DNA of 64,000 nucleotides from Podarcis vaucheri (Eukaryota). Of this stretch, positions 50,201 through 62,923 are shown in pieces. A program made the translations under genes and the position numbers. The notes beneath the pieces are model-generated. The model was not told the DNA's origin. It worked only from the letters and a program-made list of their open reading frames with translations, and searched no databases. The stretch is taken from NCBI GenBank assembly GCA_965113315.1, contig OZ220376.1; one strand, 5' to 3'. How positions within the stretch are numbered: the stretch's first letter is position 1; every line of letters begins with the position of its first letter.

Positions 50201-53200
50201 ACTTATCTGGCAATGTTTATATCAGGACAACAGAACCTTGGGTCAGGCATTCGGTGAACTCAATGGAGTGAAGACTGCAAACAGGCAATTCTTCTAACCA
50301 CCTGGAATTCCTGCTACACCTCACATCAAAAAGCAGGTCTTTGAAGTAACAATGGCATGGATCTGAAACTCTGAAGGACAGTGAGGGTAAAGCTCACACT
50401 CCCACTTACCAGGGTCGAAAAGGCATGCGTTGGCAGGAGCTCCATTACTTTGGCCACTACTTCCAAGCTCTGGCGTAGGTACCGCTGCCACTCTGTCTGT
50501 TGCTGTGAGAAAGAAATACCATGATCAGCTGTTTTATTTGCCTTTGCACCAGGGCTGTTGGAAAGGATTTTCCACAAGTAGAAAAATGAGGTGACAGAAT
50601 GCTGAAGTGGTTGGAGTGGGTAATTCCAGTTCATGCTATGGGCGAAGAAATGCCATTTTGGAACACTCTGACAACTTAAAAACAAATATGCAGGTAAAAA
50701 TTTAAAAAACATGGCACATCTGCAAAAAAAGGTTCATAACCCCCACACCACACTTCCCAGGCTTGCAATCATAAGGCACAAGACACTGGAGGTGGTGCAA
50801 AGTCCCGTTAGCCTTAAAGATTTCAGCTATGCTATTCTGCACATGCCTTCAGATTCCATAATGTGCAATGGAAGCATAATGTTTTCTACTTTCTACTTTC
50901 ACAGTTGTTACAATTCTCAAGTCTACAGTCTTCTGCTTCTTACATCGTCATCCAGCGTCTCGTCATCCAGCTCTTCCAACTGGGCCTGGTTGTACCTGAA
51001 CTGTATCCGATTTAATACTTCTGTCAGCAGAAGAACCAGGGCATCTTCGTACCTGGGAAAGAGCAAAAGGAAAACCCCAATCAAATTTGGAACCATTATT
51101 ATGGAAGGCAATGGTAGTCCATGGGAAATTATACTAATGTTACTTAAACTTAAAGAGAAAAAGGCATGGCACACATCTGACATGAGACATCTGAAAAAAT
51201 GGTTTCTTTGTTTTTTAAAAAAGGGTTGCAAAATAATAGTAATTATGGGGTGACGTTCAGCTAAGTTTTACTCAGAGTAGAGCTACTAAAATTAATGGAA
51301 CTAAGTCATAACCACTAATACCAATGAGTCCACTTTGAGCCAGACCTAGCTGAATTCTGTTCATTCTAGTAGAGTTGACAATATATGGAATATATGGAAA
51401 ATGAGTTTTAGCATCATTTGGTCTGACACCACATCCTTATTCAAGAGAAGTCATTGCTAAACGAAGTACGAGAGAGGAAGTTCTCACTAAGGCCTTGGCA
51501 GAAAGCAACGTTTCATTTAAATAAGAGGACAATTGAGCTACTCAGAAAGGAATTCCGTTATGCATAATCAAATCTGACTGCTAAGTGTGTACATACCCTG
51601 GTGCCGCCTCCCCTAACCAGCTGTGCTCCAGATGTTTCCAGACCAGCCACGATGGCCAATAGTCAGAGATGATGGGAGTTTTAGTCCATCAGCACCTGGG
51701 CTGTACTAGGGTGGGCAAGCTGCCCTAATATATCATCTGTTCATTTTCTCTGTCTTTATTCTTCTGCACACACTCTTCATGCTTCTGATACCATCTTGAA
51801 GTCTAAGATTCACTGTGCTACCTCCATATACATTGTTTCTCTCTTTTATTTGTCATTCTAATTTCCATTTCAAAGCCAGGCTACGCTTCCACGCCTGTTT
51901 TCCACAAGGCTAGTTCAACCTGCACAGTCACAGGCCTGGGCACTTTTAAGAGGGTAAGAGAAAGCATGTGCACACCCCCCCCACCCCTCTTTAAGAAAGG
52001 AGTAATAGGGAGTGAAAGTTTGCTTGTATATTCCGGGGGGAGAGAATCTATGTTTTAAGGTCAAACTCCAGTTGCGAGTGTGCAATGCTATGGTTTGAAT
52101 TTCAAAATAATAGTGTTCCCTGTAACTTGAGATTTATCTACAACACTCATGCATCATACTAACATCAGATATTTACCACCTTGAGATGTTTAGCTTTTCT
52201 TGTTAAAAACAAGCAAAACTTTAGTCCTTGGGGGCTTCAAAGATATGCTTGGAAAGTGCGTCAATGAAATCTCAAGAGGCAGAAATTGAATTGGATTATT
52301 AGTTTCCTAACAATGCTCTCTGCTCTTCCCCACGGCCAGAATATGTTATGCAAATAAATACTATGAAAATTGGTTTGACTTGCTTAACTTATACAGGTTG
52401 CAGAAGTCTGCTTTTCCTAGTGGAGAACCCAAATACAGATATACATTCTGTATTTTTAAATGCCCAGAACCCCAATCATGCACAAGGAACTGATGCCCTT
52501 TCCTACAAAACCGCAAATACCGTTACAACATTTCCAGGTATGGCTTCATTTTTAAGACTGTTCTTCTTAGAAATGTGGTGTTTACTGCCTGAACAAATGC
52601 AGAACTCAGCCTATTTTCTCACGAAGCTCCCCAATTGCAAAACAAAAAGAAAAAAGCAACACACCACTGAGTGACATCAGCCCCAGCAGTGACCTAGCAA
52701 GTTGCAGGAAGTACTTGCTGTCCCACTATTCTTTCGTAAGAAAAATGCATTGAGAAAAAGCTCCCTCCAGCATATGCAAAAGACAAGTGAGCAAGCTAAA
52801 AATGTCTTTCTCCCACCCCCACCTGCTTTGAGGGAGTCTGCTGACAGCTTATCTTACACGCTCTCATGCTCTTCTCAGCGTGGTTAGAAATGAACTACTG
52901 AAGGAGAGATCCTGTGGTTATTTGAACATGCAGTCTGGGGAGATTTAAACCCCAAGATCCTGTATTCGAACCCACATTCCCCTTTTGGGTCATTTGTTTC
53001 CTCCTCCACTGAGGGGACTGAGCATGCAAACCCACGGTGTGCTCCCAAATCCTTTCCTGCAGACCATCTCAAGGGACAAACAACTACATTGAATAAGCTC
53101 TCTATCTTAAGCATGTGGAGAGTCTGAGCAAGGAATAGGGTCAGGCCAGGATGTCAAATGAACTGGGAGGCTGGTAGGAGCACCCAGACTAGGTGATTTG

Positions 53201-56200
53201 TACATGAGGCTCTGCTTGGAAGAGGCTTAAACTACAACGGACAGAAAGCCTCAAACGCTGTTCCTGTGGTGTAAGCACTCTTACGCTTATAGGTAAACAC
53301 TTCCTGTCCCTATGACAGCTCTACAACTTCCTGTCCCTTTGACAGCTGTAAGAGTTGCATTAAAAAGAAACACGTCCAGAAATAATGATGCAACTTCCCT
53401 CTTCTTGCATTCTTACAAGTAGCAAATGAAGGTTTGGAACTCCCTCTGTGAGCAACTAATCCTTTCTGGCTGCCAATCTCCTTAATCCAAGCCAGTGAGA
53501 CTTTGGCTGAAACTGTTAAGGAGCATTTCATTCCCCACTATATTAGGTCTGCATACGCAGCTGTACAAAGCAGAAAATTAAATTACAGTGGTACCTCGCA
53601 AGACGAATGCCTCGCAAGAAGAAAAATGCGTAAGACGAAAGAGTTTTCCGTTTTTTGAGTCGTTCCGCAAGACAAATTTTCCTATGGGCTTGCTTCGCAA
53701 GATGAAACGTCTTGCGAGTTCTTGCGAGTTTGTTTCCTTTTTCTTAAAGCCGCTAATAGCCGTGCTTCGCAAGACGAAAAAACCGCAAGACGAAGAGACT
53801 CGCGGAACGGATTAATTTCGTCTTGCGAGGCACCACTGTACCCCTTTTCGTATAGCATGGGACGGGAGGAGGGGTGTTACTTTTCTGAATAATCCTATGT
53901 GGGGGAAAAGGTCTAAAACTAGAAAGCTAGTTTGAGATAGAACTAATATTCCTTGAATGCGTTTGATTTTTAACTTTATGGTGCTTTAAAACAATAACAA
54001 CTTATATATGTGGGAGAGTGTTCAAATTAACCCCCCCCCCCGACATGGTACAGTCCATTCTGGCACATCATTCTGCTGCAAGTTTGGTAGATCAGGGTTT
54101 CATTTCTAGCTTAGAAACATATCTGAAGGCAAGCTTCTTTCCACTGTGCCCAGTGCAGAGCAGCCAAATGGACTCTGTGAGAACAACAGCAAGGAAAAAT
54201 AAAGCTGGCCTTTTCCGCTGCAATCCTGAATGCCTCCGTGAAAAGCAAGAGCAGCCAGAGGATTATATCCCAAGTTGCTAGAAAAAGGACAAGCCTTTTA
54301 AAAAACAAACCCACACCCTTTGTAGCCTTCAAAATGATGTCCAGTGAAGGAAGGAAGCAGCAGGAAAAGCTGTGATACAAATGAGCAGGGGATCTTCCAC
54401 TGCGCTGCTAATCTTGCTTACCTGTTGAGAACTGCTTCTTTATCTGCCAGACGACTCTTTATCTTACTGGTTAAGTAATCCAAGAAGAGAGTCCAGATGT
54501 CTAAGCAGGAGAAGTAACCTTCATGGGTAGGCTGAAACACAGAAGTCAACAGACAATTTTTAACAGTAGCACAAACTGGATATGGAGAGAGAATTGTAAT
54601 AGCCACTTGATAGACAACGGAGCTTCTCTTCCTTGCCTTCCTCCTAATGTCACCTTAGACCACATTCACACCATACATTAAAAGCAGAATCATACCACTT
54701 TAAACAGTCATGGCTTCCCCAAAGAATTCTGTGAACTAGTTACGGGTGCTGGGAATTGTTTGGAGACTTCTATTCCCCTGCCAGAGCTACAATTCCCAGA
54801 GTTCCCTGGAAGAGGAATTGATTGTTAAACTACCCTGATAAGTTTTTAGGTCCCAATTTTGTTAGGTCTTTTCATTCTTATTTTCATGACCAGTTGCTCT
54901 GAGAACCCCTTGGGGTCTGAAGAGGGAGTAATGCAAATGTTCTTTTTTTTAATTTAGGTTCTGTTTTAAATTCTCTTACTGTACCCTGGAGCTGGTAAAC
55001 AACAACAACAATGCAGAGTCAAAAGAAGATACGCAAACACCATATCTTGGCACAGAAGCATCTCATTCTGCACTCCTTATCTTTGAACAAGCCTGAGAGA
55101 TTCAAATGCTTGTATCCTGCATTTGAAAGAAAAGCTGGTCCAAATAAAAGGTACATTTTAAAATCAAAACTAAATACTGTCTCATTGGCTCCATATTTTT
55201 GTTTTCCTGGAAACCAAAACAGCTACTGAGATTTGATCTCAGTCAAGACCTCTGTGTTGTGTGGTACCCAATATAATATTTCCAGGCGTGCCAGGAAATC
55301 ACTGAAATATGCATCCAGGGCTTTCAGCGGTCAATCTGGAGACCAGGATTGCTGCTATTTGCAATGCAAGAGTAACATTTTAATTCGAATGTAGTAAAAA
55401 CCTGACAGAGTGTTTTCACGTGAAACCTTATAGGATAACCAAGGAGAAGAGACATGCCAGTGTTGTACCTGATGAAACGTGTACTTGAACAGCAATGCAA
55501 GGAATTCAACCACGGGAAACTGAGAGTAGGACTCGATCCTCCTCAAGTGGACACTCACAAAGAGGCGCAGAAAGTCAGTAAACTTCTCTATGTAACTACA
55601 AGGGAAAGACAAGAGAAAACCTGATCAAGTCAACCTGAATACTGACAGAAGCAACAGCAGCACTGAAACATTTAAATTTACTTCATACCTCTTTCATTAA
55701 ATAACACATTTTGCAGTCATTTTAAAAACAATTAAATTAAATCCCTACAGAAATTACCTACACGGCGGGAAACCCTTCAATCCATTATTACCTGAAACAT
55801 AGCAAGAAAGAGATTCTCTCGTCAACGGCAACTTTGGCTTTTGTCAAAATACCAACTCAAACCTTCTGCTAAGAAATCCCATTATGTATTTCACTGTCAC
55901 CTATGTCAGCTGAAACATAGTTGTGCATCTCAAGCCACAGCCTGCTATGCCACATAGCGTGCCAATTTTGAAACCAGAAGGACTTTTAGAGCTGGCCTTG
56001 ATAGGGAACGATGGATGGGGGAAAGGGGTGGTGCTTCTGAAAACCAAATGATCCCAGTGGATCCATCTATAGCACAACTAATATCTTCTACTATTAAGGT
56101 ATTGATTTATGAAAGAACACAAGGCTTTGGCAGCGAAGAACAAAGCTGTTCTCTTCCCCAAGAACTTTATAGTCCAGGGATTCCCACTCCCATTGGCCCT

Positions 56201-59200
56201 GGTAGCTGGGGTTGATGGGAGTTGGAGCCCAACAATATTTGGAGGGCTGCTGGTGCCCCAGCACTGTTCAAGTCAGGTCCCCATCTGAAGGCAGAACAAT
56301 CACACAGCTGCAAAACCCTCCAGTTCTTGGGGGAGCAGAAGCTTATTAAAAGAACATTGCAAAACAGAGATACACACTCAAGTCATCCCCCCCCCCCCAG
56401 CCACAGAACTTGAGAGTTCCTTTGTACACAGCACACACTGAGACCCTGGACAACTTTACTGGTTGTCTTAACGTCTTCTGTTTTGTACCTTAAGTGCCTC
56501 TGAAAGAGAGACAAAATTATAATAATTGTTATTTGCCGAACATTTCTTTCACACGCTCAACTTGCTTTGTGTCGATTATCCTGGTGATCCTTAGATCTGC
56601 CCCAAAATGTAGACCAGTACTGTGACCCTCCAAGTATCAGATGTGAGGGAAATGGATTCCTTCAGGCCACCAAGAGAATTCAAACTTAGAATCATCATTT
56701 TAACTCAGAAAGCAGCTCTCTATACTAGGATTGGGCAAAGTCTGACCTGCTCCTGAAATATAGAGTGCTGGGTGGTGGTAGTGGTAAGAAGAAATGGGCA
56801 GGTAGACTTTTATGTAGTGAATGAGGAAAAAGTAGGCCAGAAAATCACAAGAAGAAGACTTTCCTCCCAAATATGGAGGAATTTTGAGAGGCCTGCTCAC
56901 AAATTTAATACTCAGTTCAGTTAATCCTCATTAAAAAAAAGAACAGCACAGCATGGTTACTAGTGACATGCAGCACCTAGCAGATGTTTTACATAATATG
57001 CCCCCTCCTTTGAAGCAGAAGTGTCTACTAGGAAAGAAGGAAGATATTAGGTAAAAGATTGAGGTGAGTGGGTGTAGAAAAAACTGGGAATTGGATAAGG
57101 TATGACTAGGCTGAATGCCTTCCAGGTGCTCAAAGTCTAAGAAAAGTCAGACTAGTGCTGACTTATAACACCACTACTTCTTGTTTTTGACATTAGCCTT
57201 CCAGGAACATTCATTTGTAGAAACAAATGATATTGTCAGTTGCACCCACAGATCCCTTGAATCCCTCTCTGGCAGCAATTTGAAGCACAAGGAGTGCTGA
57301 ATCCTATAACCATCTCTGCCAGTATCCACTTCAGCAGCTCCTCTAGAAAGCCAAGCTATTTTTGCTTTATTGTCAAAAGTCATTGACAAAAGCAGTCCAA
57401 AGTTTTCTCAGTACATTTCTGTTTTAAAAACAAACTAACTTGACTTCTCTAAGGGCAGATCCCACAGCATACATTTAATACACATTCAGCACTCATCTAA
57501 AACACATGGCTTTACCCAAAGGATCCTGGGTACTGGGAAGTGCAGCTCTCCAAGGAGAAAACTAGTTCCCAGAATTCTTTGGGGGGAGTCAAGTGCTTTA
57601 AATTTGCATTGAATGTGTATTAAATGTAAAGTGTGGATGTGACCCAAGGTTACTAGTCTCTTGTTTAAAGAGTACAAGTAAATCTATACATATTTAAAGG
57701 AACAGAAAAATAAACTGACTTCTTTTGCATAGCTGGTTCAAGAGCACAAGCCACTGCAGCTCTCCTAAGTTACTTTAAAACCTCTAATGGTTCTGCGTGA
57801 TTTCATGCCTACAATTAGCCTCCCCATCTGTTTGGAATTTGACAGAAGAGGCCAGATAGAAAAGGAAGACCCTTTTACCTCACTATGTCTCTTTGGCTGC
57901 TTTCAGCAACAACCGAATGAAGGCAAATTCAGATCTTGTACAACCTCAGACCTGCAGCCAAACTGTAATGAACGGAAGGGGGATGGGGAGGAAGAAGGCT
58001 TTGCAACGTCAGCCTCCCACAGCCAACATACCTGGTCACACCTACCTGCCCACCCTTCCTTCTTCGTCACGGGACTCTGAAAAAAGGTGATTAGACACAC
58101 CATGCATGACAAGAAGTCAGTAAAGACCGTCTTGCAGTAAACAGAAAAGATCAACAATATCGATTTGTCTGGGCTGGCTCCCCCTTACCTCTCGTCCAGC
58201 TCCTCCAGCCGACTCTTCACCGTATGGGCATTGTTCTCCTTGGTGATCTTCTGCAAGAGGTAAAACGTCTGCTGGAACATCCGCAGCAAGTACTCCTCAA
58301 ACTCCACAGGCACACAGTTCTTTGACATCAGTTCATTGATGCAAGACATGGCAAGCACCCCAAGCTGGCCACGCTCTTGATTCAAGACAGAGTTCTGGCT
58401 GCCGCCATTGAGGGAGGACATCTTCCTGGCTCGGGTGTCACAGCCAAAGCGGGCAAAATGGAATATGGTGGTGAGGAGGGAAGGGGTGATGCTCGTAGAC
58501 AGAGGGATCCAGCTGAAGAGGTGGGCTAGACACTCCAATGCCAGGGAACAAATGTACTCGCTCTCTGTGTCAAGGACGGGGATTGGCTGGTTCAATAGTT
58601 TGGCTGTGCTGGGACTCTGCAACAAGCTACGTAAAAGGTCACCTGGGGAAGGGAAGATCGAAACCAAGTCTACTTGTCAGAATTCACATGGATCAGAACC
58701 AAGCTCTTTTTGGTTGCAGAGCTTTTGACCATTTTGGCACAGAAACCAGGAAATACAGATCTGGTAAACTGTGGTCAGGATCTACCACCACCTACTATAT
58801 TTTTATCCCATCCTTCCTCCATGGAGCTCATGGTGACATTTTACAAATATATATGTTTGACGCGCCCACACCCACACACCAATCACACATGTATAAAATT
58901 GGAAAAGTATTCTTCAACAACAAGCTAGTGTAGAGAAATGATAAATGGAAACATCAGCATTATCATTCATACTTCTGTCACTTGAAATTCTTATAGGACA
59001 ACCCTGTCCTTTATTCTAACAGACTTGTTTTTGCCTCCAGCCGCATCCCTGTGGGGTAGGTGAAACAAAGGGATAGTAGCTGGTCCAAGATCACACAATG
59101 AGCTTCACTGATCACAGCAAGCCAGTCTCTTAACATTCATACAGCACACTTGACTGTTCAAAGCACTTCACATATTTTCTCTTGGTGATCCTAACAACAG

Positions 59201-62200
59201 TAAACTAGACCAGTATTAGCATTCCTAAATTTCATAATATGTGTGGGTGGTGGTGGTGTTGCGTAACATCCAGCTAGTCAAGGTTCTAGTTGAGGCAAAA
59301 TTTGAATCAGGGACATCTCAACTCCTCACTCACATTTTTAGACGCTATGTTTTATCATTTCTGACTTTCCACCCACTATTTCACAGACTGAAGTCTCAGC
59401 TGTAGCTTACAGAAAGCTGCTCACAAGCATGTATGTGCCGAGGATTAGACTGAGGTTCCCAAACTTCCCAATGTTTTTCCATCTTCATGACATTTGGCAG
59501 TCCACAGCTGCACACTGAAGTCCCTTGATGAAGAACCTTTTTCCAGGTGCATATATTCTGAGCATCCATTCCCCTTTTCTGTTTGAAAGTTATGCTGAGG
59601 TTTAAGTAAGTACGCAGGGAAGCCTACTGAGCTTCTCCCCATTTAAATCATGCATTAGTCTGGACAGAATTTATTCAGCAAGATTAGGTTTTTTTAGTCA
59701 CATCAACTAAGTTCTACTACTCTTCTCGTTTTTTTGAAGTAAGCAAGTATAAATTGCCATATTCTGGCACACACTCATAAGCATTATGAGTGGCACATCT
59801 GCCAAGAATGAGATGAATGAATGAATGACATCAGAAGGGTTCATTACAACATTGCCCAAGCAGCCAGAGTGCCACTGCAGCGTGGCTCCTTGCCACGTTG
59901 TTGGGTAAGTGTCAGAAGCCCTGGATCGTAAGAAAGGAATTTACAATACGGTTCCTTTCCAGCCAGGAACTAGGGCAATGATTGCACACCACGGACACTT
60001 CTCAATATGGTCCACAGTATAAAAAGGTGGTGTACTGCAGCAGCTCCCCTACAGCTTGAGAAATGAATTACTTTTCTTTAATGGACAACACCTCATAGTT
60101 CTTCCCACGTAGCTAGGTCTTAATCCGCAGTTTAAAAATCACTAATGATTAGTTCAAACCTTACCACTTTCTCCCGAAGTTGGAGATGGTGGTGGAGTGG
60201 CAGCAGTGACACTGTACTTATCCCAGATGCTTTCCAAAATACCTATCAGAAAAGAAGAGCAAAATCCCCAGCAATTGCATGAGAGTTCCCATTATACCAC
60301 ATTAAGTAACAGTTTCATGTAAACTAAGGCTGCTCCTGCACCCAGGGAAAGCATTGTTCCAAGCCTGACGGAGGAACTCAGTACATGCCTTGCAGCAGAG
60401 AGCTCCATATCGTTTGCTTAGGCATCACGAGAATTAATAGTTCTGCTGTATTCTTATGTCAGAGGAAGTTATGGCCTTTGTCTCATCAGGGTCTCATATT
60501 CTGTACTGCTTTAATACAAGGATGTTGCTCCCCTCCACCACCACATGTTTGTCTTTTCCACTAACCTGTGAGAAGCCCAAGGACAGTCTGAACCTGCTCC
60601 AGGAGCAGTTTGCGCAACTCTTCCTTCCTTGCTATGCTGAGGTCTTCCCGTGGACATGCCAACTCTTCCGATGTTGTCTTCAGCATGATCAGCCCAAGTG
60701 GAGTTGTTGCGGGGGATTGGATCAACTGTTAGGAAAGTCAGGTTTAAGTATTAGCAGACAACAGCTTCTTTGTATTTGGTAGATGAACTACAGAGTTCTA
60801 AAGAGGGGGACAATAAATTTAGCCTTAGAATGCAGACATCTTATCTCTACAGGAAAGCTTCTACATGCCATCTTCTAGTCCCAAACACATCAGTGGAAAG
60901 ACAAAGTGGAAAAGGCAGAGCTATATATTTGTTGTAGTAAACAGAAGGGCAAAAATTACCTGGAATATTGAGTGAGAGAGAAAAGAAAGCAAAAAAATAA
61001 AAAATGGTACCAGCATAATACAGGAATTGGTCCTCCAGAGATGCACTCTGTTGTAACATGTAAGTGGCACCAATAATGAGTTTTTTGCTTGGGGGACATC
61101 CATTATGTGTAATGGCTACACAAAGTTGACAGACACTGACAAGACTGTTCACACATAACACAATACCTGCTTTTCCTGGCATGGAGATGGACTGCCACAC
61201 CAGAATAAGCAATCTGTGAAGCCAGTCTAAGCAATAGTACAAATTTTTAATCATTTACTTGAAAATGCTAGCTCCCTGTGATATGGCAATTCTAATAATA
61301 CAATGTGCATTTATAAAATGCTGTTTTCTGAGGGCAGTATATATCACATAATTCTAACAGTAACTTTGAAAGGTAGGCTAGTTTATTATATGCATATTAC
61401 AGATAGCACTGAAGTAGAGATGGTGAGATTATTCAAATAAGAGCATAGCTAAACAAAAATTTTAGCTATGGCACTTGGGTTCATAGAATGCTCTCTTAAC
61501 CAGCTTATACTAGAACTAAAAGTTAGCAGATTTTAGACAGCTGTGTTACTGAAGATGATATATTTATGTAAGACAAGCTAGGCTTTAACAAAATGAAAAG
61601 ATTTTTAGGAAACACATCACAATTTTATCCTTTGGTTTCCCTTCAACAAGAAAACTGAAAATGTACTAACATATTAGGCCATCATTCCCTCTCTCAAATT
61701 TTTCATTTGGACATGCTCAAGAAAGCCGACTTCAGTCAAGGATTTTGTAAGGACTGCCTTACCTGTAAGATGTTTGTAAAGAAGTCATGGTAGAACATTG
61801 GCCAGTCTTGCCGGCCAATATCCACAATGACTTTGCAAAGTTTGTTCCTAATGAAGTAAGGCAGAGTTTTGTGGTGAGTCAAAAGAAGCTTGGGCAGGCA
61901 GCTGCGAATCTCCATTTTATCTTGTGATGGAACCCCAAGCCACATCTTGTTAATCAGGTTCTGTGGGAAGAACAAAAGAAAGTGAGGTGTCATTTTGTAC
62001 TAAACTTGGGATCTTTGAAATATCTTGCTTATGGCTACTGTTAAGAGCTGACAGTCAAGGTATTAAACCTAGAGGGCATAATACCAAATCTAGGAAAATG
62101 CTGACTATCTGGAAATCTGCTTCAGAATATTTACTTAGTAATGGAATTAGACAGTAAAATATTTGCTTACAATTGAACGATGCATTCCCAACTAGTAAAG

Positions 62201-62923
62201 ACGGGAAATTGTAACCCTACTAATTAGCACCCAAAGCATGTCCCTGTTCATGGCCAGAGCAGAAAATATTTAACCTTTCAAGACAGCTAACAAAAAACAA
62301 GGGATATATTTAATGGTGATCATTAATACTAAGGCTAGACTGAAATTCTTGGGAATTATCTCATAAAATGCAATAAATAAACAAGACAATGGAAATCTGT
62401 CTGCCAGAAGGAAAACCCATCTGTAAGAATAACAGGTGACCAACGTTTGCTATCTTTAAATCAGGGTTACAAAAATCAATTCAAACTCATCAACTCTGCT
62501 GCTATGTATGGAATAGGAAATACTCATAGTGCAAAAAGTTGTCATTAAACACAATCTGATGGTATAACGGAAGAATAATCTAAGGCAGCCTTTCCCAACC
62601 TTAGGTCCCCAGATGTTACTGGACTATAGTACCTATCATCCGCAACCATGATGGCTGGGGCTCATGGGAGTTATAGTCCAATACCATCTGGGGACCCAAG
62701 GCTATCCATACCCCTGGACCAGCTCGAATTATCACAACAGAGTTAATTGAGTGAAACAGAACTCGTAAGAGGCATGCTTTGAGCAAGTTTACTCTTGTCT
62801 AGTATCTTACCTCAAACACTGTCAAACTGTACATCATTACATAGTCATTTCTTGTGCTCGACAGGAAATAGAGGCAGAATCTCCAGGCGCCAATCTGCTG
62901 GGCAAAGTTGTTCAGGAGCTCCT
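32147..62923 (-). CDS. XPO6: XPO6, exportin-6 (actin-profilin nuclear export receptor); 5'-partial, last 22 coding exons
   Basis: 22 GT-AG exons totalling 3284 nt with consistent phases, from EELLNNFAQQIGAWRFCLYFL to DLRYYRLCNDSLPPGTVKL*. The first about 31 codons lie beyond the window end. Confidence 0.97.
33040..33270 (-). CDS. XPO6: XPO6 exon 23
   Basis: KIFRTAMLFQFVNVLLQVLVHKSHDLLQEEI...GRNFKMDR. Confidence 0.95.
34091..34189 (-). CDS. XPO6: XPO6 exon 22
   Basis: AFGQSFLQPDIHLFKQNLFYLETLNTKQKLYHK. Confidence 0.95.
35506..35667 (-). CDS. XPO6: XPO6 exon 21
   Basis: RSSPDVKAELFELLFRVLHHNWRYFFKSS...FSAIMQ; acceptor is ccccAAG. Confidence 0.93.
36301..36472 (-). CDS. XPO6: XPO6 exon 20
   Basis: EQLAESILHDGSTGCRVVEKFLRILQVVVQEPGQVFKPFLPNIISLCMEQVYPIVAE. 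Confidence 0.95.
36696..36810 (-). CDS. XPO6: XPO6 exon 19
   Basis: VTDEMLSFFLTLFQGLRVQMGVPFTEQVIQTFLNMFT-R. Confidence 0.95.
38835..38990 (-). CDS. XPO6: XPO6 exon 18
   Basis: KTVIHQTLSVLEDIVESISGEATKSRQLCYQSLQESVQVSLALFPAFIHQS. Confidence 0.95.
39845..40690 (+). mobile_element. Young 5'-truncated CR1 LINE (ORF2 C-terminus, 3' UTR and (ATTCTATG)n tail)
   Basis: Uninterrupted ORF 39896-40594 (FNREKCKVLHLG...LYSALVRPHLEYCVQFW...LFSLEKRRLRGDMI-type motifs); octamer tail at about 40652-40690. Confidence 0.95.
40943..41080. mobile_element. Penelope-like element remnant forming an inverted repeat, with 11-bp TSD
   Basis: ggtagccgtgttggtctg...gtagcaccttaaagaccaactaa plus its inverted copy; cacagctataa duplicated at 40932-40942 and 41081-41091. 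Confidence 0.7.
41260..41449 (-). CDS. XPO6: XPO6 exon 17
   Basis: AQILVCRALSNILLLPWPNLPESEQQW...PQRKIQQDD. Confidence 0.95.
41665..41917 (-). mobile_element. tRNA-derived SINE (Squam3-like)
   Basis: On the - strand, head agagccagtgtggtgtagtggttaagag...ggttcgcttccc, MIR-like core (gtgaccttgggccagtcac) and a (CTT/CCT)n tail. Confidence 0.8.
42124..42270 (-). CDS. XPO6: XPO6 exon 16
   Basis: VQEKLLLSSCHLLVSLATTVRPVFLISIPAVQKMFNRITDTSAQRLPDK. Confidence 0.94.
43067..43211 (-). CDS. XPO6: XPO6 exon 15
   Basis: HAQSLAALQAYCHWLAQFYGEVHRQNPTQFVSLVSTALEAITPLISSK. Confidence 0.94.
43352..43441. mobile_element. Internally deleted hAT-type MITE nested in an old SINE fragment
   Basis: TIRs cagcctttctca / tgagaaaggctg; interrupts gatttgaaccctgg...ctttaaccactac. 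Confidence 0.65.
44028..44120 (-). CDS. XPO6: XPO6 exon 14
   Basis: LVKVTLYGSQIKLYNIETAVPSVLKPDLID-V. Confidence 0.94.
44335..44790 (-). mobile_element. AT-rich LINE (L1-like) 3' fragment
   Basis: Strong strand skew (A-rich on the - strand), very AT-rich and unlike the flanks; family call from recollection only, boundaries approximate. Confidence 0.45.
45847..46006 (-). CDS. XPO6: XPO6 exon 13
   Basis: HRLNITAENDCRRLHCSLRDLSSLLQAVGRLAEYFTGDMFAARFSDAHTVVE-R. Confidence 0.95.
46585..46840. repeat. 116-bp inverted repeat with 24-nt spacer
   Basis: 46585-46700 is the reverse complement of 46725-46840 with 3 substitutions. Confidence 0.95.
47913..47982 (-). CDS. XPO6: XPO6 exon 12
   Basis: FPVLQENLDVYLGLQQFVVTSGT. 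Confidence 0.93.
50410..50502 (-). CDS. XPO6: XPO6 exon 11
   Basis: QQTEWQRYLRQSLEVVAKVMELLPTHAFSTL. Confidence 0.94.
50944..51052 (-). CDS. XPO6: XPO6 exon 10
   Basis: YEDALVLLLTEVLNRIQFRYNQAQLEELDDETLDDD. Confidence 0.95.
53586..53838. mobile_element. Tc1/mariner-type MITE, same TIR family as 18368-19080, without the minisatellite
   Basis: TA|cagtggtacctcgcaagacgaa ... ttcgtcttgcgaggcaccactg|TA. Confidence 0.85.
54422..54531 (-). CDS. XPO6: XPO6 exon 9
   Basis: PTHEGYFSCLDIWTLFLDYLTSKIKSRLADKEAVLN-R. Confidence 0.95.
55469..55595 (-). CDS. XPO6: XPO6 exon 8
   Basis: YIEKFTDFLRLFVSVHLRRIESYSQFPVVEFLALLFKYTFHQ. Confidence 0.95.
58189..58642 (-). CDS. XPO6: XPO6 exon 7
   Basis: DLLRSLLQSPSTAKLLNQPIP...VKSRLEELDE. 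Confidence 0.95.
60165..60242 (-). CDS. XPO6: XPO6 exon 6
   Basis: ILESIWDKYSVTAATPPPSPTSGES. Confidence 0.93.
60566..60725 (-). CDS. XPO6: XPO6 exon 5
   Basis: LIQSPATTPLGLIMLKTTSEELACPREDLSIARKEELRKLLLEQVQTVLGLLT. Confidence 0.94.
61763..61960 (-). CDS. XPO6: XPO6 exon 4
   Basis: NLINKMWLGVPSQDKMEIRSCLPK...DFFTNILQ. Confidence 0.95.
62586..62702. mobile_element. Palindromic hAT-type MITE
   Basis: ccttaggtccccagatg...tggactata / tatagtcca...catctggggacccaagg fold-back; same family as 5255, 7036 and 43352. Confidence 0.7.
62811..62923 (-). CDS. XPO6: XPO6 exon 3 (human numbering assumed)
   Basis: ELLNNFAQQIGAWRFCLYFLSSTRNDYVMMYSLTVFE. Confidence 0.94.

Noticed and set aside
50711-51253. 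180-aa + strand ORF and similar antisense ORFs over XPO6 exons (e.g. 41395-41919, 36434-36913)
   Set aside because: Antisense shadows of XPO6 exons or SINE sequence, with no recognisable domain or splice structure.
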